The notes: a model not told the origin generated them from the letters alone. Counted from the whole stretch's first letter, positions 1 through 11,848 are shown. The stretch is DNA of 62,550 nt, filler included, from 7 parts of 7 records of this genome joined end to end with filler, not necessarily neighbours in it; one strand, 5' to 3'. Made by a program: numbers and translations.

Positions 1-95
1 TAATGTGACAATACCCTGACAAGACTCTCGGCGGGTTGATGTTGGTGGCATAACGATGTCTGATCCTCAGGAAGCCACCATCTTACAAAAGTAAC

Positions 96-878
96 ATGAC
101 CGATTTCCCCAAAACTGTTCGCTCTGTAGAACGAACCCTACAAATCCTTGAATTGATGAATCGGGCGCCCGTCGTCCGTGTCCGGTATCTTGCGGCTGAG
201 ACCGACATTCCGGCGCCGACGGTTGTACGGCTTCTGGAGACGCTGATCGCTGCGGGCTACGTGCGCAAGATCGGGCGACAGGCGGGGTATTGCGTGACCG
301 GAAAAGTCGCCGCACTTGGTGCGGGGCATCACGGTTTGCCGCAGGTCTTTAACTTTGCGCGTCAGACTGCCGAGGCGCTGACCAAGCACACGCTGTGGCC
401 GACAGCTTTGGCAACGCTTGATGTCGACGCGCTGGTCATTCGTTTCAGCACGATCCCGATGAGTCCATTGTCGCACTACCAATCGACCATAAACCGGCGT
501 ATGACGCTGCTCGACTATGCCCATGGCCGCGCCTATCTCGGCTTTTGCCCCGAGGAAGAACGGCAGCATCTGGTGGCACTGTTGCAAAAATCGGCGGCAG
601 ACGAGGATGAAGCCGATGCCATCGCGCAGCGAGCAGAGGCAGTCGTTGCCCTGACGCGGGCCAGCGGCTTTGGAGAGCGCACCGGCAACATCCAGCCCGA
701 AACGCATTCCGTCGCCGTGCCACTGCGAATGGGGACCAAGCTGGTCGGCACGTTGGGGATCACCTATTTCGCCAAAGCGCAGGTTCATGTGACCGGGCTG
801 AAGGCAGAGTTAAAAGCCGCCGCAGAGGCGTGTACGGCTGGGCGTGCCTATCAGCCTGTGGGAACATCTTCGGGATAG
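96..878 (+). CDS. IclR-family transcriptional regulator (MhpR-like)
   Basis: N-terminal HTH (VRSVERTLQILELMN...PTVVRLLETL) and IclR effector domain (WPTALAT...SPLS...AHGRAYLGFC). Confidence 0.9.
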   Translation: MTDFPKTVRSVERTLQILELMNRAPVVRVRYLAAETDIPAPTVVRLLETLIAAGYVRKIGRQAGYCVTGKVAALGAGHHGLPQVFNFARQTAEALTKHTLWPTALATLDVDALVIRFSTIPMSPLSHYQSTINRRMTLLDYAHGRAYLGFCPEEERQHLVALLQKSAADEDEADAIAQRAEAVVALTRASGFGERTGNIQPETHSVAVPLRMGTKLVGTLGITYFAKAQVHVTGLKAELKAAAEACTAGRAYQPVGTSSG

Positions 879-1450
879 ACGGTCCGGGCGCGTTCATCAT
901 CCTTGCCCGAGGCGTGAATGAGCGGCTCGGCGTGTCCAAGGTGATGAATATAGTCTTGCGCAGAGGCCGCGATGACGTCGTCGTCCAGTTCGCGCACCCC
1001 TGTCAGGGTGAAGGGGGGCAGATAATGCATTCCTGTGTGTTTGGCCAAAAGCTCGAACGGAACTGTGACTTCTTGCAGCGTGCGCCCATAGCGCCCGTCG
1101 GCTTGAAAATCGCGCCCGTTTGACCCGGTGCTGAAGGCAATGCCAAAGGTCTTGAGCCGCAGGGCCCGCCCGCCCGGACCATATGCCCAGCCGCGTTTCA
1201 GGATGGCGATCTGCCAGTGCGACAGCAGCGGAGGACAAGAGTACCAGGTCAGCGGGAATTGCAGGATGATCCGGTCATGCGCATCAAGAAGCGCGCGTTC
1301 GGCAGCGCCGTCGATTTGTCCGTCCGGGTAGGACGCATAAAGATCACGTAGCTTGATGGTACCGCTGTCCCGCACCGCCTGCGCCCAAAGGGCATTGACG
1401 CGGCTGTGGGCCATGTCTGGATGTGCCGCGATAACAAGTGTTCTGGTCAT
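851..1450 (-). CDS. NAD(P)H-dependent oxidoreductase, flavodoxin-like fold (KefF/YwrO type)
   Basis: Start MTRTLVIAAHPD with GGAGG RBS; motifs SRVN, DLYASYPD, LQFPLTWYSCPPLL, RGWAYG. Confidence 0.9.
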   Translation of the reverse strand: MTRTLVIAAHPDMAHSRVNALWAQAVRDSGTIKLRDLYASYPDGQIDGAAERALLDAHDRIILQFPLTWYSCPPLLSHWQIAILKRGWAYGPGGRALRLKTFGIAFSTGSNGRDFQADGRYGRTLQEVTVPFELLAKHTGMHYLPPFTLTGVRELDDDVIAASAQDYIHHLGHAEPLIHASGKDDERARTVYPEDVPTG

Positions 1451-1508
1451 AATGTCCTCCTGGCACAGACTGACGCATTGCGCGCGGTGGTCACAAGCAG
1501 GGTCTTTG

Positions 1509-1528
1509 CCAATTCCACGGTGTGAAAT
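1509..1528. promoter_or_regulatory. Putative operator copy 1, CCAATTCCACGGTGTGAAAT
   Basis: Imperfect palindrome ATTCCAC-N3-GTGAAAT in a divergent intergenic region; 18/20 identical to 3358-3377. Confidence 0.7.
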
Positions 1529-1600
1529 CAGCGTGCGTTTCCCGTGCGCCGCGAAGCGCGTCATGCGATCTGGGGCACAACATGATGATGGAGATGGCCA

Positions 1601-2506
1601 ATGTTCGACGAAGCTGACCCGCGCAACTCCCTTGCCCGCACAGTGGAGCAGAGCTTTTCCGGCCCATTCTGTGGACCAGAGATCGGACAATTTTCACAGA
1701 CCGATCCACAAGAGCAGGGCGACGGCTGGCAGGCGTGGATTATGCGGGCGACGAACATTGTCGTGCGTCTGGTCACATTGGATGGCGAGGCGGAATTTTC
1801 CCGTCAGGGTCACATTGACGAATACATGGTTTTTTCAACCGATTCCGATGTGCGGTTCTTGATTGAAGCGGCGTCGGGGCAGGTCGCTGATCATCCCGGC
1901 AATCATTTGTTCATCGTTCCGCCCGGCGACAGCCGCGTAAAGGTCATCGGCAAAGGCACTGTCAGTTTTGTGTTCACGACACGCTCTGCCGATCTGATCG
2001 CGCAATGCTGCAATCCGAAGGTGTCCGATAACCCGGTGATCCCGCCGTTTCAGCAGTGGCCCGATCCGGTGGGCGGCTACAAGCTGCGCGCCTATGATCT
2101 TGACGTGCCCGAGACGCCGGGACGCTTTGGTCGCATCTTCCGGTCTACGACTATGATGGTGAATATTTTGCCGCGTCTCACCGCGCCGCGTGATGTGTCC
2201 AAGGTTTCGCCGCACTATCACAGCAGCTTTGAACAGGTCAGTCTGACGCTGGAGGGCGATTTCGAACATTTCCTGCGCTGGCCCTGGACGTCGGATATGT
2301 CGGAGTGGCGCGAGGATATGCAGATCCGGTGCGCCAGTCCGTCAATCACCGTACTGCCGCCGCCTGCCATCCACACGACGGTTTGGGCGTCCAATGCTTC
2401 GCAGATCGTCGATATCTTCTCGCCGCCCCGCATGGATTTTTCGTCAAAGGACAGCTGGGTGCTGAACGCCGCCGATTATCCGGTGGCCCAGACTTCGATC
2501 GAATGA
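1601..2506 (+). CDS. Uncharacterised cupin-fold protein
   Basis: GGAG RBS; cupin-like metal motifs SPHYHSSFEQ and LPPPAIHTT. Confidence 0.7.
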   Translation: MFDEADPRNSLARTVEQSFSGPFCGPEIGQFSQTDPQEQGDGWQAWIMRATNIVVRLVTLDGEAEFSRQGHIDEYMVFSTDSDVRFLIEAASGQVADHPGNHLFIVPPGDSRVKVIGKGTVSFVFTTRSADLIAQCCNPKVSDNPVIPPFQQWPDPVGGYKLRAYDLDVPETPGRFGRIFRSTTMMVNILPRLTAPRDVSKVSPHYHSSFEQVSLTLEGDFEHFLRWPWTSDMSEWREDMQIRCASPSITVLPPPAIHTTVWASNASQIVDIFSPPRMDFSSKDSWVLNAADYPVAQTSIE

Positions 2507-3250
2507 TCAATCGCCAATATCGCCAAGAGCGGGCATGGAGGCGATGACAATCGTGTCATGCGCGATGGCAGGCAGGCTGGGCAGCGGCCGGTAGGACAGC
2601 GCGCGCGCGGTCTCTGCCGACATCCCAAAGGCCATGAGAACATGGGTCGAGATTTGTTCGGGATAGTCCTCGGGCGTGGTGCCGCGCGTAATTGACACCA
2701 TCGCCGCAGTCACCGCACCCATCAGAATGTCGCGCCCGATCTCTGCGGTCGGGATGGGAAACAGGCCCTCGTCCACACCCCGACGAATCGTCACCAGAGA
2801 GTTGTGCCAGACCATTTCGCCAAAGGTATGCCCCGGCGCGCTGGAATGGATCATGGCCCAGCCCCAGGCGGGATTCTTTTCTGCGGCGTGCAAATAGTAG
2901 CGGATGGCGACGGCACTTTGTTCGGCTGCGTTTTCCAATCCACCGAACATGTGGTGTACGGCGCGGTCGAACTCTGCTGTGATTTCTTCCAGCAATTGAT
3001 AGCGCAGCTGTTCAAGATCATCGAAGTGATTGTAGAAGGTGCCACGCGCAACCCCGGCCGCCTTGCAGACATCCTCGATCCGGACGACGCGTCCACCCTC
3101 GCGCCCGTAACATTCAAAAGCTGCTGTCAGAATCGTATTGCGCGACCTGGCGCGACGGGCCGCGCCGATTTCGGCGCGACGGGCTGCATGTGCTGTGCGA
3201 TAGCCCATCCGCGCGATGGCCTGGTCGGCGTCCTCGGTGCTGTCTGACAT
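2507..3250 (-). CDS. TetR/AcrR-family regulator
   Basis: HTH VRIEDVCKAAGVARGTFYNHF. Confidence 0.92.
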   Translation of the reverse strand: MSDSTEDADQAIARMGYRTAHAARRAEIGAARRARSRNTILTAAFECYGREGGRVVRIEDVCKAAGVARGTFYNHFDDLEQLRYQLLEEITAEFDRAVHHMFGGLENAAEQSAVAIRYYLHAAEKNPAWGWAMIHSSAPGHTFGEMVWHNSLVTIRRGVDEGLFPIPTAEIGRDILMGAVTAAMVSITRGTTPEDYPEQISTHVLMAFGMSAETARALSYRPLPSLPAIAHDTIVIASMPALGDIGD

Positions 3251-3357
3251 GATCTGGGTGGGGCCTCTGTCTCGTCCTCGTCCTCGGGTGCGGGACCGTT
3301 AGAATTAGAATATGCCGCAGTTGTACAGCAGGTGCCACCCCGCAATGCCCGGACAGC

Positions 3358-3377
3358 CCAATTCCACCATGTGAAAT
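3358..3377. promoter_or_regulatory. Putative operator copy 2, CCAATTCCACCATGTGAAAT
   Basis: Near-identical to 1509-1528; lies between divergent tetR and the dioxygenase operon. Confidence 0.7.
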
Positions 3378-3705
3378 TGTTAAAATGACTATTTGTTCAA
3401 ATTGGATTTTCGCGTAGTCTTTGTTCAAGGCCGCACAAGAGCTGCCTTCAACCAGGGCTTGGGAGAGCCCACAGGGAGGAGATCAAAATGACAAAACGAA
3501 GACCGCCGGGCTGACCGGTGCGGCGTTGCCATGAGCACGCCCTGACCTGACCCAACCATTTCCCATGACGGCTGCCACAACGGACCTTTGTCCGGCCGAT
3601 ACCGTCATGCCCGAAAACCGGCGTCCTGAACTGTGGACGTCGACTGTGGCGACCCCGTATCGGTCGCTGCCCGAAACACCATTGTCTGTAGAAAAGGATC
3701 ACACC

Positions 3706-4620
3706 ATGGGGATCAACCGTATTGACCACGCCGCAATTCAAGTCGGCGACCTCGGCAAGGCGCTGACCTGGTACGAAGATGTGCTGGGCCTGACCGTCCT
3801 GTCGCGCGATGACACCACCGCGCATCTGGCCTGCCGTGGCAAGGCAGCAGATATCACGCTGGTCAAAGGCACCCAGTCGCTGGAGAATTTCACTTTTGGC
3901 GTCGACGATCAGGAAGATCTGGATCGTATCCAGAGCATTCTGACAAAAGAAGGCGTCGCCACCGAGCGTCTGAACGGTGACAGCCGTCCCGGTGAAGGCG
4001 CTGCGCTGAAATTTCACCTGCCGTCTGGCCATGAACTGCGGCTTTGCACCGGCGGAGCCGAGCGCCGCGCAGGGATCTGTGACTTTGACGCCAAAGGGTC
4101 ACACATTCCGACCGATATGGATCACATCAACCTGCTGGGCGAAGTCGATCCGGCGGTGATGCGCGATTTCCTGATGATGATCGGCTTCAAATCTTCGCTC
4201 AACATCTCGGTTGGTGGTGAACTTGCCGGGATCTGGTTGCGCGGTTCGGCCTATGACCACGATATTGCCTACATGAAGGCCGTGCGCCCGGCGGATCGCC
4301 TGCACCACGTCGCTTTTGCGGTCGAGGACGGCAACCACTATTTCCGTCTGTCTGACCGCCTGCTTGAGACCGGTCACCGCTGGGAATTTGGTCCGGGCCG
4401 TCACAACGCGGGCCTGGGCACGTCCACCGGTTTTGGCACCAACAACTATGCCTATGTTTTCGATCCCTTTGGCAACCGCAACGAATTCTCGTCCGGCATG
4501 GAGCAGTTCGCGGACGATGCGACACCGCTGGATTGCGACATCGCGCCAGAGCAGCTGACGGATGTTATGAACGGCTGGGGCTACGAAATGGCCGAGACGT
4601 TCATGACGGTGGGCTCGTGA
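3706..4620 (+). CDS. Type I extradiol ring-cleavage dioxygenase (VOC family, catechol 2,3-dioxygenase-like)
   Basis: Two VOC domains; metal ligands DHINL, LHHVAF, RNEF plus GPGRH and YVFDPFGN; ATG 3706 with AAAGGA RBS. Confidence 0.9.
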   Translation: MGINRIDHAAIQVGDLGKALTWYEDVLGLTVLSRDDTTAHLACRGKAADITLVKGTQSLENFTFGVDDQEDLDRIQSILTKEGVATERLNGDSRPGEGAALKFHLPSGHELRLCTGGAERRAGICDFDAKGSHIPTDMDHINLLGEVDPAVMRDFLMMIGFKSSLNISVGGELAGIWLRGSAYDHDIAYMKAVRPADRLHHVAFAVEDGNHYFRLSDRLLETGHRWEFGPGRHNAGLGTSTGFGTNNYAYVFDPFGNRNEFSSGMEQFADDATPLDCDIAPEQLTDVMNGWGYEMAETFMTVGS

Positions 4621-5087
4621 GCCTGTCGGCGCAAACATATCTGGAAGTGCAGGATCATATCCTGCGCTTCTGGGCGGTCGTGGACGAGGTCGACGATACG
4701 CCGGGGGCGGCGCTTTTCACCTCTGACGGTGCGTTGGTGATCGAAACCTTTCGCGCCACCGGCACCGAAGAGCTGACCCGTTACTTTGACGCCCGTCGCA
4801 CCTTGTCGGCTGAGCGCCAGCGCGGCACGCGGCACCTGTGCACCAATCTGCGGATGCTGCCCGGTGAACATGTGCGGATGGCGGGCACCATTACGGTTTT
4901 CTCCGGTGTCGGCACGCGTCCGCTGCCGCTCGAAGCGCCCTCATCGCTGGCGGATTTTACCTTTGACTGTATCCAAACGCCGGACGGTTGGCGTTTCCGC
5001 GAGATCCACGGCGCATTGGTTTTTACCGGCAGTGACACGCCGGATCTGAAAAAGGCCACCGCCGCCGCCAAGGGAGAACCCACATGA
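4617..5087 (+). CDS. SnoaL/NTF2-like protein
   Basis: GTGA-coupled to the dioxygenase; motifs LFTSDG, TRHLCTNL, DGWRF. Confidence 0.75.
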   Translation: MSLSAQTYLEVQDHILRFWAVVDEVDDTPGAALFTSDGALVIETFRATGTEELTRYFDARRTLSAERQRGTRHLCTNLRMLPGEHVRMAGTITVFSGVGTRPLPLEAPSSLADFTFDCIQTPDGWRFREIHGALVFTGSDTPDLKKATAAAKGEPT

Positions 5088-5758
5088 AACAGGTTGCATT
5101 GGTTCATGGCTGGGGCGGGTCCTATGCCGCCACCTGGGCGACGGACGGATGGGACACGGCCTTGCATGCCGCTGGGTTTGAGCCGGTCGGTGTGAACATT
5201 TCCGGCCACGGGCCGGAGGGTGGATCGCACCAGCCGACCAATTATGCCGACCTCGCCGCTGACCTAGCGTCGAAACTGCCCGACGGTTTGCACGGCGCCA
5301 TCGGCTTTTCGCTCGGGACCAAGCTGCTGCTTGAGCTTGAGACACGCAGCCCCGGCGCCAACGGACGGCTGGTCCTGGGCGGCATCGGCGACAATCTGTT
5401 TGCGCCCGAGGCCGCAGGCCCCGCCATCGTCGCCGCTCTGCGCGGTGCGACAACCGACCATCCACCGCAGGTCGAAGCGCTGCTGGCCTACGCACAAAAG
5501 AGCGGTAGCGATCCGGCCTGTCTAGCCGCCGTGCTGGAACGGCCTGCAAATCCGGTGCTGACCGAAGACCGCCTTGGCGCAGCCATCGCACCGATCTTGA
5601 TTTTCAACAGCCGGGATGACGCGCTTGCACAACCTGATGACCGGCTGCGCGCAGCGTTGCCATACGCGGAACACCAGCTGATCGAAGGCCCCGGCCACGT
5701 GGCCCTTACATCCGATGCCCGCTTTCGAGACGCGGCTATCGCATTCCTGACCAATTGA
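5084..5758 (+). CDS. Alpha/beta-fold hydrolase
   Basis: LVHGWGG oxyanion loop, GFSLG nucleophile elbow, C-terminal GH; ATGA-coupled. Confidence 0.88.
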   Translation: MKQVALVHGWGGSYAATWATDGWDTALHAAGFEPVGVNISGHGPEGGSHQPTNYADLAADLASKLPDGLHGAIGFSLGTKLLLELETRSPGANGRLVLGGIGDNLFAPEAAGPAIVAALRGATTDHPPQVEALLAYAQKSGSDPACLAAVLERPANPVLTEDRLGAAIAPILIFNSRDDALAQPDDRLRAALPYAEHQLIEGPGHVALTSDARFRDAAIAFLTN

Positions 5759-5781
5759 TTTACCTAGGGAGGAGAAGACCC

Positions 5782-7547
<1,766 letters not shown>

Positions 7548-7584
7548 TCCTAACATTGTCATGATATACAGGGAGGAGACCTGA

Positions 7585-8448
7585 ATGAAGATGACCCAAA
7601 CCCTTGGTGCGACAGCCGTCGCACTCAGCCTTGCCGCCCCGGCACTCGCGATCGATGTCGGCCCCGGTGACTACACGATTTTGCCGGATGGCACTGGGCT
7701 GGGGATGCTGTACTGGCAGCATCTGAGCTCTGACACGCTGCACCTGAACGGCGCCGAGGTGCCCGGCTCCAGCTTCGAGGCCAACGTCGCGATCCTGCGC
7801 AGCCTGAACTACTTTACGCTGGGCGACATGCCTGCGGCCTTCCATGTGGTGGCACCATTTGCCAGCCTCGATGCCGACATCGGCGGCTTTGGTCAGCAAG
7901 CCAACAATGGCCTTGGCGATACCACTCTGGGTCTGACCGTTTGGCCGGTGCAGCCCGACAATCCCGAAACGGGAACCACCCTGGGCTTTTCGCTGTTTGC
8001 GACGCTGCCGACCGGAGACTACGACCCAACACGACTTGGGATCGGCGAAGGCACCTATACCATCACCCCGCAGGTCGGCGTGATTCAGGGGCTGGGCAAT
8101 GGGCTTTACTTTGATGGCGTGCTGGATGTGGCGTTGCAACAGGACCATGACGAAAGCGGCGTGACCTTTGAACACGACCCATCCTGGCAGATCCAGGCCA
8201 TGCTGCGTAGGCAATGGGGACCGGACACGTCGCTGGCCATCGGATATTCCGGTCAGCGCGGCGGCGAGCAGAGCGTCGGCGGCACCGAGACCGGCCTGAA
8301 AACGCACCGCGACCAGATCCGCCTGTACGGCACCCATTTCCTGAATCCGACCACCCAAATTCAGGGCATGATTGGCAAGGACATCAGCGTCAAGGGCGGC
8401 TTTGAATATGACAGCGTGGTTCAGTTCCGTCTCGTCAAGGTTTTCTGA
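7585..8448 (+). CDS. Outer-membrane channel, MetA-pathway-of-phenol-degradation (COG4313) family
   Basis: Signal peptide, GLGDTTLG and LPTGDYD motifs, amphipathic strands, terminal Phe. Confidence 0.85.
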   Translation: MKMTQTLGATAVALSLAAPALAIDVGPGDYTILPDGTGLGMLYWQHLSSDTLHLNGAEVPGSSFEANVAILRSLNYFTLGDMPAAFHVVAPFASLDADIGGFGQQANNGLGDTTLGLTVWPVQPDNPETGTTLGFSLFATLPTGDYDPTRLGIGEGTYTITPQVGVIQGLGNGLYFDGVLDVALQQDHDESGVTFEHDPSWQIQAMLRRQWGPDTSLAIGYSGQRGGEQSVGGTETGLKTHRDQIRLYGTHFLNPTTQIQGMIGKDISVKGGFEYDSVVQFRLVKVF

Positions 8449-8511
8449 TCCGCTTTGTTCCAGTCCGGCCTGGTGTTTCTCCGGGCCGGTCCCAAACTTA
8501 AAGGACCCCCC

Positions 8512-9444
8512 GTGCCACGTCCGTCGAAAAAGACCATCATTTCCTGCGCTGTGACCGGCTCGATTCATACGCCTTCCATGTCGCCCTACCTACCGGTGAC
8601 CGCCGACCAGATCGCCGAGAGCGCGATTGGCGCCGCTGAGGCAGGGGCCGCCGTGCTGCACCTGCACGCGCGGGTGCCCGAGACCGGCGCACCGAGCCAG
8701 GATCCGGACCACTACGCCGCCTTTTTGCCGCGCATCCGCGAAGCGACCGATGCCATCGTCAATATCACCACCGGCGGCGGCCTGGGCATGTCGATGGAGG
8801 CGCGCATTGCCCCGGCAGTGCAGGCAGCGCCAGAGTTGGCTTCGCTCAACATGGGATCGTTTAACTTCAACATCTCCGCTGCCGAAAAAGGCTGTCATAA
8901 CCCCCAGCAATGGGAGACCGACTATCTGCGCGGCACCCGCGATCTGATCATGTCGAACACCTTCCTACAGATCGAAGCTGTGCTGACACGGCTGAATGCC
9001 CTTGGGACATGTTTTGAATTCGAGTGCTACGACACCGGTCATCTCTACAACCTTGCGCATTTCGCGGATCGCGGGTTGGTAAAGCCTCCTTTCTTCGTTC
9101 AGGCCATCTTTGGCGTGACGGGCGCACAGGGGACAGACCCAGAGAACCTCATGCATATGCGTGCCACCGCTGACCGACTGTTCGGCGATGACTACCTGCT
9201 GTCGGTGTTGGGGGCGGGGCGGTCGCAGTTCCCGCTGGTGACCATGGGCGCAATCCTTGGGGGGCACGTGCGGGTGGGCCTTGAGGACAATCTTTATATC
9301 CAACGCGGGCAATTGGCCGAAAGCAACGCGCAGATGGTGGCCAAAGTGCGCCGCATCCTCGAAGAATTGGGTTGTGAAATCGCCACGCCTGCCGAAGCGC
9401 GCGCAATGCTCGGGACCAAGGGATCAGATGAGGTAACCTTTTGA
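8512..9444 (+). CDS. Beta-keto acid cleavage enzyme (BKACE/DUF849)
   Basis: CAVTGSIHTPSMSPYLP, HLHAR, ASLNMGS, EFECYD, HVRVGLEDN. Confidence 0.93.
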   Translation: MPRPSKKTIISCAVTGSIHTPSMSPYLPVTADQIAESAIGAAEAGAAVLHLHARVPETGAPSQDPDHYAAFLPRIREATDAIVNITTGGGLGMSMEARIAPAVQAAPELASLNMGSFNFNISAAEKGCHNPQQWETDYLRGTRDLIMSNTFLQIEAVLTRLNALGTCFEFECYDTGHLYNLAHFADRGLVKPPFFVQAIFGVTGAQGTDPENLMHMRATADRLFGDDYLLSVLGAGRSQFPLVTMGAILGGHVRVGLEDNLYIQRGQLAESNAQMVAKVRRILEELGCEIATPAEARAMLGTKGSDEVTF

Positions 9445-10196
9445 TGACACACAGCCACACCGAGTTTCGCGCCCGTCTTGGACAGCCCGGCACCATGTTG
9501 GGCACGTTCCTGAAGATACCCTCGACACAGCCTGCCGAAATCCTCGGCGGGCTTGGCTACGATTTTGCCGTGATCGACGAAGAGCACGCGCCGCTGAATC
9601 CAGAAACGACGGATGCGATCCTGCTGGCCTGTCGTGCGCATGCCATGGCGGGGCTGGTGCGTGTGCGTCAGCCGGGAGACATCCTGCGGGTGCTGGATTG
9701 TGGTGCGGATGGCGTGTTGGTGCCGCATGTCGCCTCGGCGCATGTCGCCCGAGAGATTGTGTCGCTGGCGCGTTACAGCCATGCGCGGGGTCTGTCGCCC
9801 ACGACACGGGCGGGGGATTTTGGCGCGACAGGCGTCGCCGAACACATGGCCGCACAAGATGCACGCAGCGCCGTTATCGCAATGATAGAGGATGCCGAGG
9901 CCATCGAGGCCATCGGAAGCATCGTGGCGACCGAAGGCCTAGACGCAATTTTCGTCGGTCGCGCCGATCTCGCCGCCAGCATGGGCGCAGCGGCCTTGGA
10001 CGGTGGGATTGAGCGCGCTGTGGACGCGATTCTGAAAACCGCGCGCGATGCCGGAGTGCCGGCTTTGATCCTGGTCTCTGGCCCCGCCGAAGCGGACCTT
10101 ATGCGCGCCAAGGGCGCCACCGGATTTCTCACTATGTCCGATCAGGGGTTCCTGCGCGCTCAGGCTGCCAGAATTAGAGACAGCTTTCTGTCCTGA
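9444..10196 (+). CDS. HpcH/HpaI class II aldolase
   Basis: IDEEHAP, LDCGADGVLVPHV, AMIED, FVGRADL. Confidence 0.92.
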   Translation: MTHSHTEFRARLGQPGTMLGTFLKIPSTQPAEILGGLGYDFAVIDEEHAPLNPETTDAILLACRAHAMAGLVRVRQPGDILRVLDCGADGVLVPHVASAHVAREIVSLARYSHARGLSPTTRAGDFGATGVAEHMAAQDARSAVIAMIEDAEAIEAIGSIVATEGLDAIFVGRADLAASMGAAALDGGIERAVDAILKTARDAGVPALILVSGPAEADLMRAKGATGFLTMSDQGFLRAQAARIRDSFLS

Positions 10197-10881
10197 GGCA
10201 CAGAAATGTGTACTGTTGCATTAAGCTCGGTGAGTTTGAGCGGCGTGTCTGGTTCATTGGCCAGAAGGTTGTCGTAGAGATCCCACATTCCGCGCACCGT
10301 TGCGTCGGCGCCTTCCGACACCTCGATGAAGCCGCTTCCAATCGGCAAATATTCTTTCTCGTCAGAGGGCCAGCGCAGTGCGAGGGCGTCGACCATCTCA
10401 CGGCAGTGCTGGCGGTAGTCTTGCCAGCCGTCGACCGTCGTCATTTCTGGCAGGGAAGTCGTCCTTAGGAAAGCGTCGAGCGCCTCACCCGAACCAAGTG
10501 CAAAGGCACCCCGCGGCAAGGGGTGCAACAGGTCGCGTGCGATGGCATTGCGCGTCTGCACGAGTCGCCCCGCTCAGTCCACGAAGCCCTCGGTTACCAC
10601 AGGAGCAACGATCTCCGGCATGCCGTCGGCGCGCGCCGCGGCATGCGATGCTTTGCGCGCGGTCACCAAGGGCCAGAAACTAACCGAGACGGTTTCGGAA
10701 CCCCCCTTGCCCCGGAACAGTGACTGGACCAGTTGATTGGGAAGGTTACCCGTCTGGAGCGCATTGTTCGGGAGCACCATGAACCTTTTTTGGTCTGCGG
10801 CCCGGAATGTCCCTTCTCCAAGCGCGCCGTCCGCGAGGGAGCTCCGCCAATAACCAGGACGTTCGATAACGCTTTGGGCAT
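10160..10881 (-). pseudogene. Disrupted, truncated N-terminus of a superfamily I (AAA-domain) DNA helicase
   Basis: MPKALSNVL, frameshift near 10853, then YWRSSLADG...PEIVAPVV; in-frame TGA at 10574-10576; then IARDLLHPLPRGAFALG...LYDNLL. Similarity is lost near 10240. Confidence 0.7.
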
Positions 10882-10969
10882 CAGGCGCTCACCGTGGGGC
10901 TATTGCAAACAAAAAACTGAGTATGCACTGCGGCTTGCTTAGCAACTGTATTTCTCAGACGGTCTGAGT

Positions 10970-11069
10970 NNNNNNNNNNNNNNNNNNNNNNNNNNNNNNN
11001 NNNNNNNNNNNNNTTAATTAATTAANNNNNNNNNNNNNNNNNNNNNNNNNNNNNNNNNNNNNNNNNNNN
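10970..11069. other. Artificial contig spacer
   Basis: N44-TTAATTAATTAA-N44 (stop codons in all six frames). Confidence 0.99.
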
Positions 11070-11185
11070 TGAAATACGGCATGCCGGACCTGCGCGACTT
11101 CTTCGCCGCCGACGAACGCTGGACTTCGCATTACGGGTTCCGGCCGCTGGACATTCCGACGCTGTTTGGCGGGTTGAGTTCGTGA
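11070..11185 (+). CDS. pheS: Phenylalanine-tRNA ligase alpha subunit, 3' end (partial)
   Basis: [37 protein letters not shown] is the alphaproteobacterial PheS C-terminus; lies upstream of pheT. Confidence 0.93.
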
Positions 11186-11604
11186 CGGACCTTCCGGAAC
11201 GCTACAAGGACGCGGTCCAGTTTGCGTTCGGCGATACACCGACGCTGAAGGACGAGCTTCTGGCGCTTGTGCTTGCGGGAAAGAAGACGGCGACTTGCGT
11301 GGCGCTCAGGGATGTCAAGGACGCACAGGAGCCGATGTCCGAGGTTGGCCGCCGCGATGTGGTGCTCGACGGCTCTGGCCAACCGGCAGCCGTCATCGAG
11401 ACGACCGAGGTCCGCGTCCGCAGGTTCGACGAGGTCGATGAGGACTTTGCGCGCGACGAGGGCGAGGGCGACCTGTCGCTTGACCACTGGCGCGAGGCGC
11501 ATGAGGCGTATTTTGTGCGCAATGGCGGCTTTGCGCCGGACATGGAGCTGGTCTGCGAGCGGTTCCGGCTGGTGGAGACGCTGGGCGAGCGGAAGAACGC
11601 GTGA
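11182..11604 (+). CDS. ASCH domain protein (YhfF-like)
   Basis: FGD...[28 protein letters not shown] overlap with pheS. Confidence 0.9.
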   Translation: MTDLPERYKDAVQFAFGDTPTLKDELLALVLAGKKTATCVALRDVKDAQEPMSEVGRRDVVLDGSGQPAAVIETTEVRVRRFDEVDEDFARDEGEGDLSLDHWREAHEAYFVRNGGFAPDMELVCERFRLVETLGERKNA

Positions 11605-11611
11605 GGAAGGG

Positions 11612-11848
11612 ATGCCGACGCTCCTGATCTGGCATGGCTACAAGTTTCGGTTTTACGCGCTGGATCAGGGCGAGCCGGCGCATGTTCATGTCGTGAAGGA
11701 TGGCAAGTCGCTGAAGGTCTGGCTGGAAACAATGGCCGTCGCCCGCAACATTGGCTACAATGACCGTGAGATTGAACGGATCATGAGCGTCGTCTCCGAG
11801 CATCGAAACGAATGGATGGAGGCTTGGAATGGCTTCTTTGGAATTTGA
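11612..11848 (+). CDS. DUF4160 protein (putative toxin)
   Basis: MPTLL..GYKFRFY...EPAHVHV...KVWL...AWNGFFG. Confidence 0.88.
   Translation: MPTLLIWHGYKFRFYALDQGEPAHVHVVKDGKSLKVWLETMAVARNIGYNDREIERIMSVVSEHRNEWMEAWNGFFGI

Noticed and set aside
10954-10968. Palindrome CTCAGAC-G-GTCTGAG at contig end, possible IS terminus
   Set aside because: No transposase or partner repeat visible; cannot be supported
11014-11025. TTAATTAATTAA recurring six times
   Set aside because: Synthetic linker, not a biological repeat or CRISPR array
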